DNA from: Eledone cirrhosa
Taxonomy: Eukaryota
DNA length: 64,000 nt
Reading direction: 5' to 3'
NCBI GenBank assembly: GCA_964016885.1
Contig: OZ024741.1
Location: forward strand, 29,264,001 to 29,328,000
The notes under the pieces are model-generated. The model ran no database searches. It saw only the letters and a list, made by a program, of their open reading frames with translations, and was not told the DNA's origin. Positions within the stretch are counted from its first letter, which is position 1, and each line of letters begins with the position of its first letter. A program made the position numbers and the translations under genes. Of this stretch, positions 26,871 to 40,236 are shown in pieces.

Positions 26871-26995
26871 GTATATATATTAATAAGAGGAATTCCAACT
26901 TTGTCTGATTTACTCGTTTTATTTACAATCCTTTAAAATTTATAATGGTATTATAATGAAATAGTATGATAGAATATTAAATTCTAAGTGTTAAT

Positions 26996-27034
26996 TGAAC
27001 AAGTACTTTCATGCTTTCGCAATCTTCAGGTTCA
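26996..27034 (-). ncRNA. PLE hammerhead (inverted pLTR)
   Basis: Reverse complement of 29224-29262. Confidence 0.85.
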
Positions 27035-27348
27035 TAATATGTGGTGACAGTCATGTTTGCAATTTTCAACTGTAATAAGATGGGTAAATTTTCTACCTTT
27101 TATACATTTTATACAGGGAAAAGTGGCTCCAGAATCCTAAGTCTTGCAAACTGTATTTCGATCAATCAGTGTGTAGTTTCACTGAATTACTAAAGCTGAT
27201 TGGTTTAAGCGTCACGGCTGGTTGAGCATGTCTAACGACCAATAATTAACCATATCCAAGGCATCAATTGTTTTGCTATTTTTAGAAATGATGAAAATAC
27301 CATTTTCTATTAATCATCACCATCAACATCACTTTTATTATTATTATT

Positions 27349-27381
<33 letters not shown>

Positions 27382-27602
27382 AGTGGTCGTAGTCATAGTG
27401 ATAGTAGAAGTAATACCCCTAAGCGTTATTATTGTTCATTTACCTTGGGTTTAAATTTATCAATAACATTATTTTATTTGATTTTTCTCTTGATCTCACT
27501 TGGGCTGTGTAATTTGTAGAATGGGAATATTATAAATATTCCCTGACCACATGTTGCTAGATGGTTACTTAGGGGTATCTGACGGACATTTGGGTCTCTG
27601 AT

Positions 27603-28817
27603 TTGTTGACGGTGTATTACATCCAAATTAGAGGCATAGCGATGGGAACGAAGTTTGCTCCCGTTTACGCGAACTCTGTAATGGGATACTTGGAACAACA
27701 ACTCTACCAAGAAATAGAGGAAAAATATAGTACTGACTTTAGAAAGTACATTGAAAAATCTTGGAAGAGATACCTTGACGACTGTTTCATCATCTGGACA
27801 GAATCTCTAGATATTCTGGATGAGTTCAATATCCTCCTGAATAACCTACACCCATCTCTCCAATTCACAAAAGAGATGAGTAGGACCAAATTACCATTCC
27901 TAGATATAATGATAATCAAAAACGACACCACCATTACCACGGATATATATTATAAACACACAGACACCCATCAATATCTGAATTTTAAGTCGTGCCATCC
28001 ACCTCATACAAAACGCAACATCCCATACTGCCTAGCCAGAAGAATTTGTACCATTGTAGAAGATACGAATACCAGGTACAAACGCCTAACAGAACTAAGA
28101 GTATTTTTGCTCAAACCAAAATACCCATCTCTACTTATAGAAAATGGCATACAGCGGGCTACAAAAATACCTATACAACAACTTAGGACAACCCAAGGAA
28201 GAAGAAACCAAGAACTGGTCATACCATTTATAATGGCACACAACCCATGTCACCAGAATATCTTCAACACGGCCAAAGCAAACCTACAGATCATTGCTCA
28301 AAGTAATGAATTAAAAGGCTTAATTACAGATCGATCTTTGACTCTTAGTAAAAGACAGCCAAAAAATTTGAAGCAATTACTAACAAAAGCAAAATTTGAC
28401 CTTAACAACAAAGACCAATCATTCACTCTATCTAAATGCAATGATAGTCGATGCGGCACATGTCAATCCATACACGCCGGTCAATATATGAAAACAAAAA
28501 CTGGAAAAATATTCCTAAATGCAAATATGAACTGCAAAAGCAGAAATCTAATTTACTGCATTAAATGCCCGAATTGTGAAGAACTATATTTCGGTCAAAC
28601 TGGAAATGCACTATCGGAACGTGCACGGGTACACTCTCAACAAATCAGAGACCCAAATGTCCGTCAGATACCCCTAAGTAACCATCTAGCAACATGTGGT
28701 CAGGGAATATTTATAATATTCCCATTCTACAAATTACACAGCCCAAGTGAAATCAAGAGAAAAATCAAAGAAAATAATTTTATTGATAAATTCAAACCCA
28801 AGCTAAATGAACAATAA
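27603..28817 (+). CDS. Penelope-type RT (C-terminal half) + Cys-rich linker + GIY-YIG endonuclease, N-terminally truncated
   Basis: GIAMGT and RYLDD motifs, thumb DIYYKHTDTHQYL, linker KCNDSRCGTC, endonuclease LIYCIKCPNCEELYFGQT..R...H...H; the listed start is an artefact of the inversion junction. Confidence 0.9.
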   Translation: MLTVYYIQIRGIAMGTKFAPVYANSVMGYLEQQLYQEIEEKYSTDFRKYIEKSWKRYLDDCFIIWTESLDILDEFNILLNNLHPSLQFTKEMSRTKLPFLDIMIIKNDTTITTDIYYKHTDTHQYLNFKSCHPPHTKRNIPYCLARRICTIVEDTNTRYKRLTELRVFLLKPKYPSLLIENGIQRATKIPIQQLRTTQGRRNQELVIPFIMAHNPCHQNIFNTAKANLQIIAQSNELKGLITDRSLTLSKRQPKNLKQLLTKAKFDLNNKDQSFTLSKCNDSRCGTCQSIHAGQYMKTKTGKIFLNANMNCKSRNLIYCIKCPNCEELYFGQTGNALSERARVHSQQIRDPNVRQIPLSNHLATCGQGIFIIFPFYKLHSPSEIKRKIKENNFIDKFKPKLNEQ

Positions 28818-28864
28818 TAACGCTTAGGGGTATTACTTCTACTATGACTATGACAACGACCACT

Positions 28865-28909
<45 letters not shown>

Positions 28910-29223
28910 AATAATAATAATAAAAGTGATGTTGATGGTGATGATTAATAGAAAATGCTATTTTCATCATTTCTAAAAATAGCAAAACAATTGATGCTTT
29001 GGATATGATTAATTATTGGTCGTTAGACATGCTCAACCAGCCGTGACGCTTAAACCAATCAGCTTTAGTAATTCAGTGAAACTACACACTGATTGGTCGA
29101 AATACAGTTTGCAAGACTTAGGATTCTGGAGCCACTTTTCCCTGTATAAAATGTATAAAAGGTAGAAAATTTACCCATCTTATTACAGTTGAAAATTGCA
29201 AACTTGACTGTCACCACATATTA

Positions 29224-29262
29224 TGAACCTGAAGATTGCGAAAGCATGAAAGTACTTGTTCA
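29224..29262 (+). ncRNA. PLE minimal type I hammerhead
   Basis: TGAAC-CTGAAGA-tTGC gaaa GCAt-GAAA-GTAC-TT^-GTTCA, with palindromic GTAC. Confidence 0.88.
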
Positions 29263-29440
29263 ATTAACACTTAGAATTTAATATTCTATCATACCATTTC
29301 ATTATAATACCATTATAAATTTTAAAGGATTGTAAATAAAACGAGTAAATCAGACAAAGTTGGAATTCCTCTTAATAATATAATCTTCTATACACAATCA
29401 TACACACCCGTGTATATTTATCTATCTCTATATATATGTT

Positions 29441-29485
<45 letters not shown>

Positions 29486-30145
29486 GTATATATATGTATG
29501 TATATATATATATATAAATGTATACATATATATATATATATATATATACCCCCCCACATATATATATATATATATATATTTATGTATGGTCAGGTAAATT
29601 TGATTATAATACTATAAACTAAATTCAGGTCAGAATATTTGTCTCTTTATTTCAGGTAATACGGTATGTCAATGGCTGTTGAAATTCGATACTTAATTCA
29701 TCAATATTCTACTTAATCTCACCTGGCTATAATGACGTGATGTTACATCAACCGTACACCTTTACATGACGATCCTTCAATCTGCTAGAAATTTTTATTA
29801 GTTACAGTTGTACCAATAAGTGGAGGATATTCGTTAGGATGTCACTTTCACACATGTATTGAGTGCCTTTTTTTAACTGTTGACTAACAGTTTAGCAGTT
29901 AACAACATCTTTAGCATCTTGTCTATAGAGATTTGGGGGGTAAAGACCCCTTTTGGTCACGAAGAAAGTTCCCTTCGAGGCACAAGTCCGGGCAAAGTTG
30001 CTCTACTCTCATTATCGACTTCAAAAGGTTGAAACGTAAAGTCGCCCTCGGCGTGATTTGAATAGTTTAGCAGAGAATGTCTTTGGTCATAGGCGTTTGA
30101 ATAGTGGCTAAACAACAATAATAATGGTATGCACTTTCTAGTAGC

Positions 30146-30282
30146 TACTAGTCCACCTGTGACCCGTGGGGTCACGTTCACTTCAAAATATAAAAAAAAA
30201 ATCATGTTCACTTCAAATTAATTTTCAAATAAGTAAAATATACACAGACATGTATATAATGTGAAATGAAGGTGTAAGGCCC

Positions 30283-30316
<34 letters not shown>

Positions 30317-30765
30317 GTATATATATAAATGTGTGTGTTTGTATACATATATATATTTATATATATGTATGTAAGTGTATATATATATATACACTGGTCA
30401 TAGACACACACATATACACAAAGATACACACACACACACACATATATATTTACACAACAACATCACCAGCTCTCACTCTCTCTTCCATTCTCCTTCTCTG
30501 TCTCCTCTCCCTCTCTCTATTTCTCTCTTTCAATCTACTCTCTCACAACCACTATCTCTCCCTCTCTATTTTACTCTTTCTTTGTTTATGAAAGTACCCG
30601 GAAAAAAACCCGTGGTCCGATTTACGCGAAACTTGTTTGATTTTATTTGTATTCCTATTTCAAGGGCAAATTCATTTTAAAGTATTTTCCTATTATGCGC
30701 TGTATTACATTACAGACAAGCAAGCAAGCAAGTAATCACAGCCTTTTAGTAATATATAGAGAGAT
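30146..30765 (+). mobile_element. Possible non-autonomous Helitron/Helentron (HINE-like) element
   Basis: Starts ctACTAGT followed by the hairpin GTGACCC gtg GGGTCAC, contains microsatellites and ends in a tttagtaatatatagagagat-like terminus; recognised by pattern only. Confidence 0.35.
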
Positions 30766-30941
30766 AGCAAGAGGCCTTTCTCAAATATAAATATTTCAGC
30801 TATTTTGATATCACGTACACACACACACACAGACAGACACACACAGACACACAGACACACAGACACACACACACACACACATACACACACACACACACAC
30901 ACAGACAGACACACACAGACACACAGACACACAGACACACA

Positions 30942-31018
<77 letters not shown>

Positions 31019-31582
31019 GACAACACATACACATTAAATGTCTTTCCTTTGCTGAAATAACTCAGCCTAATGTCCGACAAAAATATTTTCTTTCGTTTCT
31101 TTGTTTTGTCTCAATTTTATCCTCCATTTCGTTTTTTTGGTGCAAATACATTTTAGCTTGTCTTATAAAACTGCCAGTTGGTTGACTGGAGACGCTAGTT
31201 TGTAAATCATCAATCTTTATCTTCATATATATATATATATATGTATAAAATATGTAAACATGACATACCGTATTTCCTTAAATTAATCTCGAAAATCTAC
31301 CATGCATTTTGGAGGCCGAAGGTTGTGTTTCCCACAGCCATATCCTAAAGCCCGAGGAAAATTATCTCTGCTAGACAGTAATCTGAGCTCCTGTATATAA
31401 CCTCTCAATGAAGAATATAAATTATACTTAGTTAAAGTTATAAATAAACAAAGTATCATAAAAAATGTTAAAATATATATGGAATCACAAATATTATTTT
31501 CTGAATGGACATAGTCTAGTAGATGAGGTGACTGACGAGTGGTGTCATTACATGTATATACATATGATATTTATATTAACTA

Positions 31583-31798
31583 TAATAATGGTTTCTTATA
31601 TAGGCACAAGGCCAGTAATTTGAGGGGAGTTGAAGTCGATTAACACGACCCTAGTACGTTAGAGGTACTTTATTTTATCGATCCCGTAAGGATGAAAGGC
31701 AAAGTTAACCTCGGCGGGATTTGAACTCAGATCATAAAGGGCTGTAACTCTATGCTGCAAAGCATGGCGTCCGATCCTCTACCGATACTGTCAATCCA
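31583..31798 (-). mobile_element. tRNA-derived SINE (MetaSINE-like)
   Basis: Reverse-complement copy. Confidence 0.85.
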
Positions 31799-31984
31799 AT
31801 GGCAACTATAATGACACCAATAATAAAAAAAAGGAAACAAAAAGGATAGAAAGAATAGGGAAATATAGAGAAGAAAGAGAGAAAGAAAGAAGAAAAGGAT
31901 CGATAAGGGGAGGGGAGGGAAAGAGCTCTGGTGTCGCAGGAGAGAAGTGAGGGGTGAAGGGGAGGCTGATTGGGCTTTGGGCCT

Positions 31985-32455
31985 AGGACAAGAGGGCAGA
32001 ATTCCTGCACCCCCCTGAGGACAAAGACTGCAAAAGCATTCCCCCGGACGATGGCCAGTGACACCCGCTGCAACAGCCACCCAACCTTGTGGGGCTGCCT
32101 CCTCAGACGGGCCGCCGACGCTCCGGTCTTGTGGAGGAGCTCGGCAGTACGGGGTTCAAGTACGCCTGAGGTCACGACGGCGACTGGTGCGAAGAGGAAG
32201 TGACCGGACAAACCCCGGTATTTCTTTATTTTACGTTCTTCTGCGAGGCGGGCTGCGATGCCGGGGTTTGTGTCCAAAGCGACTAAGCAAGTGGCGCCCC
32301 AGATGATGGATCTATCATCTTCGAATGGGAAAAGGGTGAATCCGTCGGGGCGCTTGCCATCACCGCGGTCTAGGCCCGTTGGCTACAATTGAGATGGAAA
32401 GCCAGCTGTGTCCAGGCTTCTTCTCAGTATGTCGAGAGCGGCGTCTCAGGGGAAC
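31985..32455 (-). pseudogene. CRE-clade LINE restriction-like endonuclease remnant
   Basis: DRGDGKRPDGFTLFPF..IWGATC and AEERKIKKY..FAPVAVVTSGVL..WLLQRVSLAIVRGNA. Confidence 0.75.
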
Positions 32456-32590
32456 ATGTGTATGCATATTGCCGTTATTTTCATTCTCTTTAAACAATCC
32501 GATTTTAAGGGAGGGACATTATTAAGTGACAATAGAAGTAAAAGGGTTTAGTATCAAATATTTATAAGACTTATTTTTTTCAAAGAGCGA

Positions 32591-32740
32591 TGGATTGGCA
32601 GAATCGGTAGAGCGTCGGGTAAATGCTTCGTGGCATAGAATTACGGCTCCTTACGTTCTGATTTCAAATCTCGACGAGGTTAGCTTTGCCTTTCATCCTT
32701 ACGGAATCGATAAAATAAAGTACCAGTAAGGAATGGGGTA
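32591..32740 (+). mobile_element. tRNA-derived SINE (MetaSINE-like), 3'-truncated
   Basis: Head and core match the family. Confidence 0.75.
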
Positions 32741-33379
32741 ACAAATTGTAGTGTAGGCATAATCAGAGCCACCATTCCTCATCTGCACATACAAATTCAA
32801 AACTAAATCTATATACTAGCTTTCCTCATTCACAAAACCGTTGTATATAAGAGTGTCATCACTCTTAAAGCACCAAAATCTTAGCAAAATCTTTATTATT
32901 AGAGCTGCAGACGGAAATGTCAGAAAGTTGCGGATCAAAACAGCAATCGAACATTAAACGAACCGAATCTGCCAACATTAGCTGTTAGGAATTGTAGACA
33001 GACCATTAGATATGCTAGCCACTCCTACCTGTTCCTGTAAAAGAAATATAAACATTTTCTACACCCACGAAACACATGTTATTTGCATCTCAACCTACAG
33101 ACAAAGAATTAGCCTCCGCCCAAAACTAAATATGAATAACATATCAGATATAACAGGTCACCATGCAAACTTAAACATCTGACGTGCTCAGAAGTTTCCT
33201 CCGATCTTTTCAATCTATCACTGGGAATAACCTATCTGTAAATATATCAGTGTTATATTTTAAGGTAAAAACGTTTAAGCTTTATCTTATTTATCAGTCA
33301 ACTATTCCCAAATAATGCCTCATGGTTCCATTTATTATTTTCAACAATACTTCAAGCACATTGTTACTCACATCCATAT

Positions 33380-33793
33380 AAGTACACACGCACAGACAAA
33401 GAGACAGACACACATACCCCCCCCCCCCACGCACCCACACACATACACACACACACACGCACAGACAAAGAGACAGACACGCAGACACCCACACATACAT
33501 ACACACACACATACACACGCACCCACACACATACACACACACACGCACAGACAAAGAGACAGACACACAGACACCCACACATACATACACACACACACAC
33601 ACGCACACGCACAGACTAAGAGACAGACACACAGACACCCACACATACATACACACACACACGCATACACACACACATACACTCACACACACAGACACAG
33701 ATACAGACACACAGACACCCACACATACACACACACACACTGACAAATGACAGAGACACATACACTCACACATACATACACACACGCACATAC

Positions 33794-33825
<32 letters not shown>

Positions 33826-34005
33826 GCGCGCGCGCCGACAAAGAGACAGACACACAGACATCCACACATACATACACACACACATACACACACGCACACA
33901 CACACATACACACACACACACGCACTGACAAAGAGACAGAGACACAGACACTCACACATACATACACACACGCACATACACGCATACACACATACACACA
34001 CACAC
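33380..34005. repeat. CA-rich compound minisatellite
   Basis: Recurring acagacaaagagacagacacacagacacccacacatac within (CA)n. Confidence 0.8.
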
Positions 34006-34017
34006 ATATATATATAA

Positions 34018-34048
<31 letters not shown>

Positions 34049-34355
34049 AAGAGAGAGAGAGATAGAGAGGGAGAGGGAACGAGAAAACATAAAGACATAA
34101 ACAAGACGGTATTTGGTGAAAATTGAGCATATTAGTTTAACGCACAGGAAATATTTAGTACATATCGTTTCGGGTTATGCCCTTCAACAACGACACTCCA
34201 CAGTTAAAACAGTGAATTAACCATTAACTATAATAGTTATATCCTAGAATACAGATTTCTTGCAAATTCCGTCAAGGAAACATGCATAACCGAAAAAATA
34301 GAAAATTTTTATTGTACCGTCCAATGACTAGTAAAAGCGTGATAGAGCACTTCTC

Positions 34356-34551
34356 TATGAGGGTCGGCTGAAAAGTTTCTAGGCTGACTATGATGGAGTG
34401 AAGCTAGAGCTGTGAAATCTTGCATGCATTAATTTCAATTGTTCCTATTAATAACTGCATTGTTTCTTTCCAGGAATTATGTTGAAAAATAAACATCGTT
34501 TGGTCATTCTATGAGAGTATCTTAGTCAGTACGTTTCATCTCCCCTTCGTA
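34356..34551. mobile_element. Mariner-like MITE remnant
   Basis: Degenerate TIRs TATGAGGGTCGGCTGAAAAGT / ACGTTTCATCTCCCCTTCGTA with TA ends. Confidence 0.5.
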
Positions 34552-34629
34552 TTTGCACAGGAGAACATTCAATTTTACATTTTAAACATAAGCCTATATC
34601 GGATAATTTCTAATTGCCAGCTTGATAAC

Positions 34630-34890
34630 GGTAGGGATGTTGGAATTACAATCATAATGCCGTGGTTTCCATTCTTGGACTGGATTTTTGTTCTTATACA
34701 AAATCCTTCATTTCACGTTGCTCCAGTATACCCAGCTGAAAAAAAAATGCCAGCAATAACTGGGGGTTTAAACCTGCGATGGACTGGCATCCTGTCTAGA
34801 AGGAGAGTTATGTAATCTCAGTCGCTTCACGCCACCAATCCGGGATAAGCACCAGTCTAACGACTGCCTAGCTTCAGACAGACTTTAGGC
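34630..34890 (+). mobile_element. Second tRNA-derived SINE family
   Basis: aacctgcgatggactggcatcctgtc...gtcgcttcac...ccgggataagcacc; relative at 44235-45005. Confidence 0.6.
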
Positions 34891-35217
34891 TTTAGATTAA
34901 TGTGTGTCCAGAATACATGAAGACATCCATTACACGAGGAAAATAGTTTCAAAGTGATTTCCTTTCATCCGGGTTTACCCTTTCTAGAATACTTTGCATC
35001 TCATAGTGAAACCACGTGATCTGAGCTAAACTATTGAGTACATATGTTTACTGCCATAGTTAAAATATTCTTCTAAACCTACATCATGTCACACGCGAAA
35101 CTCTGAACACTAACACAGGCACAGAAATTCCGCGTAAACTTAATAATACTTACTTCCATACGTACATACATACATATATATGTATGCATGCATACGTATA
35201 TATCTATACATACACAC

Positions 35218-35283
<66 letters not shown>

Positions 35284-36794
35284 CTTGAATGTGCATGTGC
35301 CGTGGGCGTCGGTTTATATATATATATATGCGTGCGGGTGTATGTGCTTCTTAGTGTAGTGTTTGTCTGTGTCAGAGAATATATTTATTTCCTATCTAAA
35401 TACTATTCTAGCAAGTTACTAAATGGCTTTTACTAGTACCACATATATTACATTATAAATCTTCATTTCGTATTTATCACGATGTCGGAACATCAATAGA
35501 CATTTACAAGTCATAAGACCCGGCCATTTTTAAAGATTTTCTATAATAAGATTTACTCTGATTTTAAATGGGATGCAAAAACTGAATTGTCATTGATTAG
35601 ATTCATAGCAGAACTGCCAAAGAATTTGAAGACGAACCAACCAATTTTTACTAACAACGTGATAAACCAAACATGATATTTCATACTGTCCTAATGTATT
35701 ACCATTTAAAAGCTAATTTAAAATCCAAACAAACGAATGCACAAACGGAACTAAATAAAAAAAAAGTGTTAAAAAGAAACGATTTTAATATTTTATGACA
35801 AGAAATACTATATTTAGGTTCTTTCAAATATTTTTTATTGCTATTTTTTCTTTATTCTTTGTCTCTTGAAACGTTTAACGAAGAAATAAGAACATATAAA
35901 CTCGAACGCTTCTCCAACAACATAAAGATATTTAATGAATAATAAAATGGCGGATACAATAAGGAATTTACTTTTAACTAACACTGTTGATTGTCCGCAG
36001 TGAGAAGCGGTTAGAAGGTATTGGACATAAACGGAAACAGCGCTAGACTAACTACTACTATACGCTACTTAGTTTTTGTTATGTAAAACCTCAAATAATA
36101 CGGTGCATCTTACCCTTACCCATACATTTGATGAAATATGAACCTAAATCATTAGTTATTCGCAATGCACCTATAAACATCGCCGCCAATGACAATTATT
36201 CCCCTTGATTTCTTATGCAGAGGTATGTCTATATAGCATATTATTTGCTACTTCACCACTAACCATTTACCTGTTTAACAAAACCATTCTACTGACTGGT
36301 TGAACGGCTACCATGAGCACAAGATTGGTTTTGGCGTCTGACTCCTTTCTGTATGACCCTTGGATCACGATTTTGATGTTTTCAACCTATTCTTAGACAG
36401 GAAAATAATACGTTGTTGATCAAACAATCTAGTTCAACCTTTTACCAACCCTAGTGTAACGCTGAGCTATATAAGAAAGTAATAGATTGTTAGTCAATGA
36501 TTCTAACAACACTAATATAACGTAGATATGTATTAAAACGCAGAAAGTTGTTGATTAAACAAACAAGTCAAGACTTCTGCCAAAGCTAATGCAACGTAGA
36601 GATATATAAATAAACAATATCATGTTGGTTAAACAATCTGGTCCAACATCCTAACAGCGATAGATTTTAAACTCTTCTACGGAATAATTATTTCTAATGG
36701 CAAACAAAAGATAACCAAGAACTTGTGTATGGTTTAATGTTATTCTACCAAAGATGCTGCAATCGAAGATATTTTTTGTTCACGTCAATACCAA

Positions 36795-37236
36795 ATGATA
36801 ATTTTTAATTTAGGCACAAGTCCAGTAATGTTCGGGGCTGGGATAGTCAACTACATTGACTCCAGTATCTAGCTAGTAATATATTTTATTGACCACGGAA
36901 GAATGATAAGCAAAGTTGACCTTGGTGAAATAGGAACTAAAACCTGGAAATTACCTCAAGGTATTTTGCCCGATGCTCTAACGGTTCTGCCAATCCACCG
37001 ATTTACATCAATATATAAAAATGATTTCTACTTTAAATAGAAGGCCAACAATTTGGAGAGAGGGCAAATCAATTAAATCGACCCCAGTGCGTTACTGGTA
37101 TTTTATTTCAACGACCTCTTAAGGATGAAAGGCAAAGCTAACCTGGGTCGGATTTGAACTCAGAACGCAGACGGCCGTAACTCTATGCCACTAAGCATGT
37201 TGTCCATCGCTCTACCGATTCTGCCAATCCACTGCC
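36795..37236 (-). mobile_element. Two tandem diverged MetaSINE-like copies
   Basis: 36795-37000 and 37020-37236. Confidence 0.75.
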
Positions 37237-37565
37237 ATTCATGTCGAATTAAAATAATGAGAAACGTATCCATCAAGAAAGCAATTAGCATTGTTTTCAA
37301 TCAAGTGAATTTTCAGTAACGTTAATCTCCTGAAAGAAACATTTGCATTGATTTGCATTAACTACCATCTTCAACATTATTTTATGAGTAATAGGAATCG
37401 AGTGCATTTCATTTAAAACTATCTTATATGATGCTGATATTAACGATAATGCACGCCTGAACATACAACTAACAAACGGTAATTTAGACATATACAAAAC
37501 ATAGAGTACAAATAAACACACACGTCCGTAACAAAAGCATATCTACACAGTGAATATCTATACAT

Positions 37566-37606
<41 letters not shown>

Positions 37607-37784
37607 CACGCGCACATACACAGTCAAGTACACACACACACACACATACACCCACACACACACACACACACACACAGACACATATATATATATATTTAGG
37701 GATAGTTTCCAGAAAGGGATAGGAAAAAATACCGTTAAATAAGGTACTCAATACGTTAGTAGAGAAGAAGCATATATATTTCCA

Positions 37785-37894
37785 ATAGAAATGACTTCTA
37801 CAGGACTAGAACTGTTTCATTCGTCTGAAATCATCGGAAATCCTGATGATTTCATTCGATTGAAACAGTTCTAGTCCTGTAGAAGTCATTTCTA

Positions 37895-37895
<1 letters not shown>
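37785..37895. repeat. 111-bp palindrome of two outward-facing HHR modules
   Basis: Plus arm: tc-CTGATGA-tttc attc gatt-GAAA-CAG ttctagtc CTG-TA-GAAG; same family as 17282. Confidence 0.8.
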
Positions 37896-37952
<57 letters not shown>

Positions 37953-38130
37953 GAGTCCACCTGATTGTGGTGGGACTGATGATGTTGTTAGAACTCAATG
38001 TATCCTAGGAAGGATAGCTGCGGTGAGAATCAGCAGTGTGACCAGTAGTTCTTGTGGTAGGTGGTCACGGCATAAGGTATCCTCGAAGAAAACCAGTCCA
38101 GGTTACAGAGTCATTTATATTGTGTGTCTG

Positions 38131-38297
38131 GTAGGTAGAGTTTAATGTTTCTGAGGAGGACAGCCGATGGAACAGGATTTTCGAGACTAGTAATAGGTAA
38201 TAACTTAACCACTACCATGCTGGTCGATACAACGATCTCTACTATTCGATCGACACACTGAAACGATCTTAAAACGATGAACTAACTCTCTACCTAC
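38131..38297 (+). ncRNA. Candidate hammerhead with about 100-nt domain II
   Basis: GTTT-CTGAGGA...GAAA-CGATCT-TA-AAAC with distal stem I GTAGGTAGAG/CTCTACCTAC (10 bp); stem II uncertain; element 37951-38325 is TA-flanked. Confidence 0.5.
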
Positions 38298-38360
38298 TTC
38301 TGACTTCTGTTTTTATCGTTCAGACACGCATATGTATATATATATGTATATATATATATA

Positions 38361-40151
38361 AAAAAAAGATGAAATCGAAAATGCAACTGGAGTTTTATTT
38401 AAAAAAATATATATATATTTATTTGGTTCCTTTACCGGCTTCGCAGTTCTTCTGCTTTTCAAAAGTAGAGTTGAGATGGAGGGTCTGTGGTTTTTCAACA
38501 TCTGGTTGATCTTTGAATGTTAAATGGGAGTTGATCTTGGCTGTATTCCATTGTGAATTGGATGTGGTTATTGATGCCGTTTATTAAGTTTTTGAAATCC
38601 TTCAGTTGGTCGAGTGTGTGGGACCAAAGAATGAGACAATCATCCAAGTAGCGTTTCCAATTCTCTGATGAATATTTGTGGAAGTTCAATCCGTATTTTG
38701 ATTTGGACTGTTCATATATCTGGACTTCTAAGTATGCCATGTCTAAGTTGGCATAAGTTGGAGCGGCTTTTGTACCCATCGCAGTCCCCGATATTTGCTT
38801 GTAAGTACTGCCATCGAAATTTAAAAAAAGTTGTTCTGTAAGATGAATTTTAATCCCTCGGTGATGAAGCTTTTTTCTATTCTGCCAGGTATCTCATTGG
38901 GATATTTTTCTTTGGTCCCACACACTCGACCAACTGAAGGATTTCAAAAACTTAATAAACGGCATCAATAACCACATCCAATTCACAATGGAATACAGCC
39001 AAGATCAACTCCCATTTCTGGACATCCTAATCTTAAAAAAAGACACAAATATTGAAACTGACATACACTACAAACCAACAGATTCCAAACAATACCTGCT
39101 ATTCACCTCCAACCATCCAAAGCACACGAAGACGAACATTCCTTTTAACCTAGCAAGAAGAATTTGCACAATTATCTCCAATTATGAAAGCGAAATAAAA
39201 GACTTCAAGAATTAAAGGAAATTCTACTCGAAAGAGAGTACCCACCATTACTGATAAATAATGGAATAGAAAGGGCTAAAGCAATAGGCATTGATGAATT
39301 ACGAAAACAGAAACAAATTCAAGGTACGTCCAATATTCTATCATATATCTCAACACACAACCCAAGAAATGCGGAAGCTTACAACACTATTCACAAGAAC
39401 ATCCAACTACTAAAACAAGACCCAAGAATGAAAAAAGACCTTGAAACACACAAAATAATCAAAAGCAAAAGACAACCGAAATCACTGAAAACATTACCCC
39501 CCAATGCCAAATTACCTACCACAAACCCACAACCAACTGTCAAAAAATGTGGTCGCTCTAATTGTGGAAACTGCACTCACCTCATTGAAGGCAACACATA
39601 TACATTTAAACCAGGACAAGATTTTGCTGTAAAAAATCACTTCACTTGCTCATCAAAAAATCTAATTTATGTAAATCTAATAAATGTAAAGATTGCAATG
39701 AAGATTATATAGGAGAAACTAAACTCACACTCAGAAACAGAATGACAGTTCATCGCCAACAATTACGAGATCCAACCACGAGACAGATACCACTAAGCGC
39801 ACATCTAGACATATGCGCAAGTAATAAGACACCAAAATTCCAAGTCTTCCCATTTTACCTTTGCGCTAACAATACAACAGAACAAATACGAATAAATAAG
39901 GAAAATATGTTTATTAAAAAATATAGACCAGCATTAAATATGGTTTAATATACATTATGTCAACACCATAACATGCTAACCATCCAAACAGACACACACA
40001 CACACACATAACACCTGCAACTTTAGAAAATAAAAACCCAACTAAATAAACCTTAACATACGTTTCGGCTGACAATACAACAGAACAAATACGAATAAGT
40101 AAGGAAAATATGTTCATTCAAAAATATTCCTACACACACACAATCATTTTA

Positions 40152-40236
<85 letters not shown>

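Larger units (their letters stand above)
26884..29374 (+). mobile_element. Penelope-like element family 1 (Neptune-like), 5'-truncated, with an inverted 5' pLTR, in (TA)n
   Basis: 26884-27615 is the reverse complement of 28625-29374; RT + GIY-YIG ORF lies between; both pLTRs carry an HHR. Confidence 0.92.
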
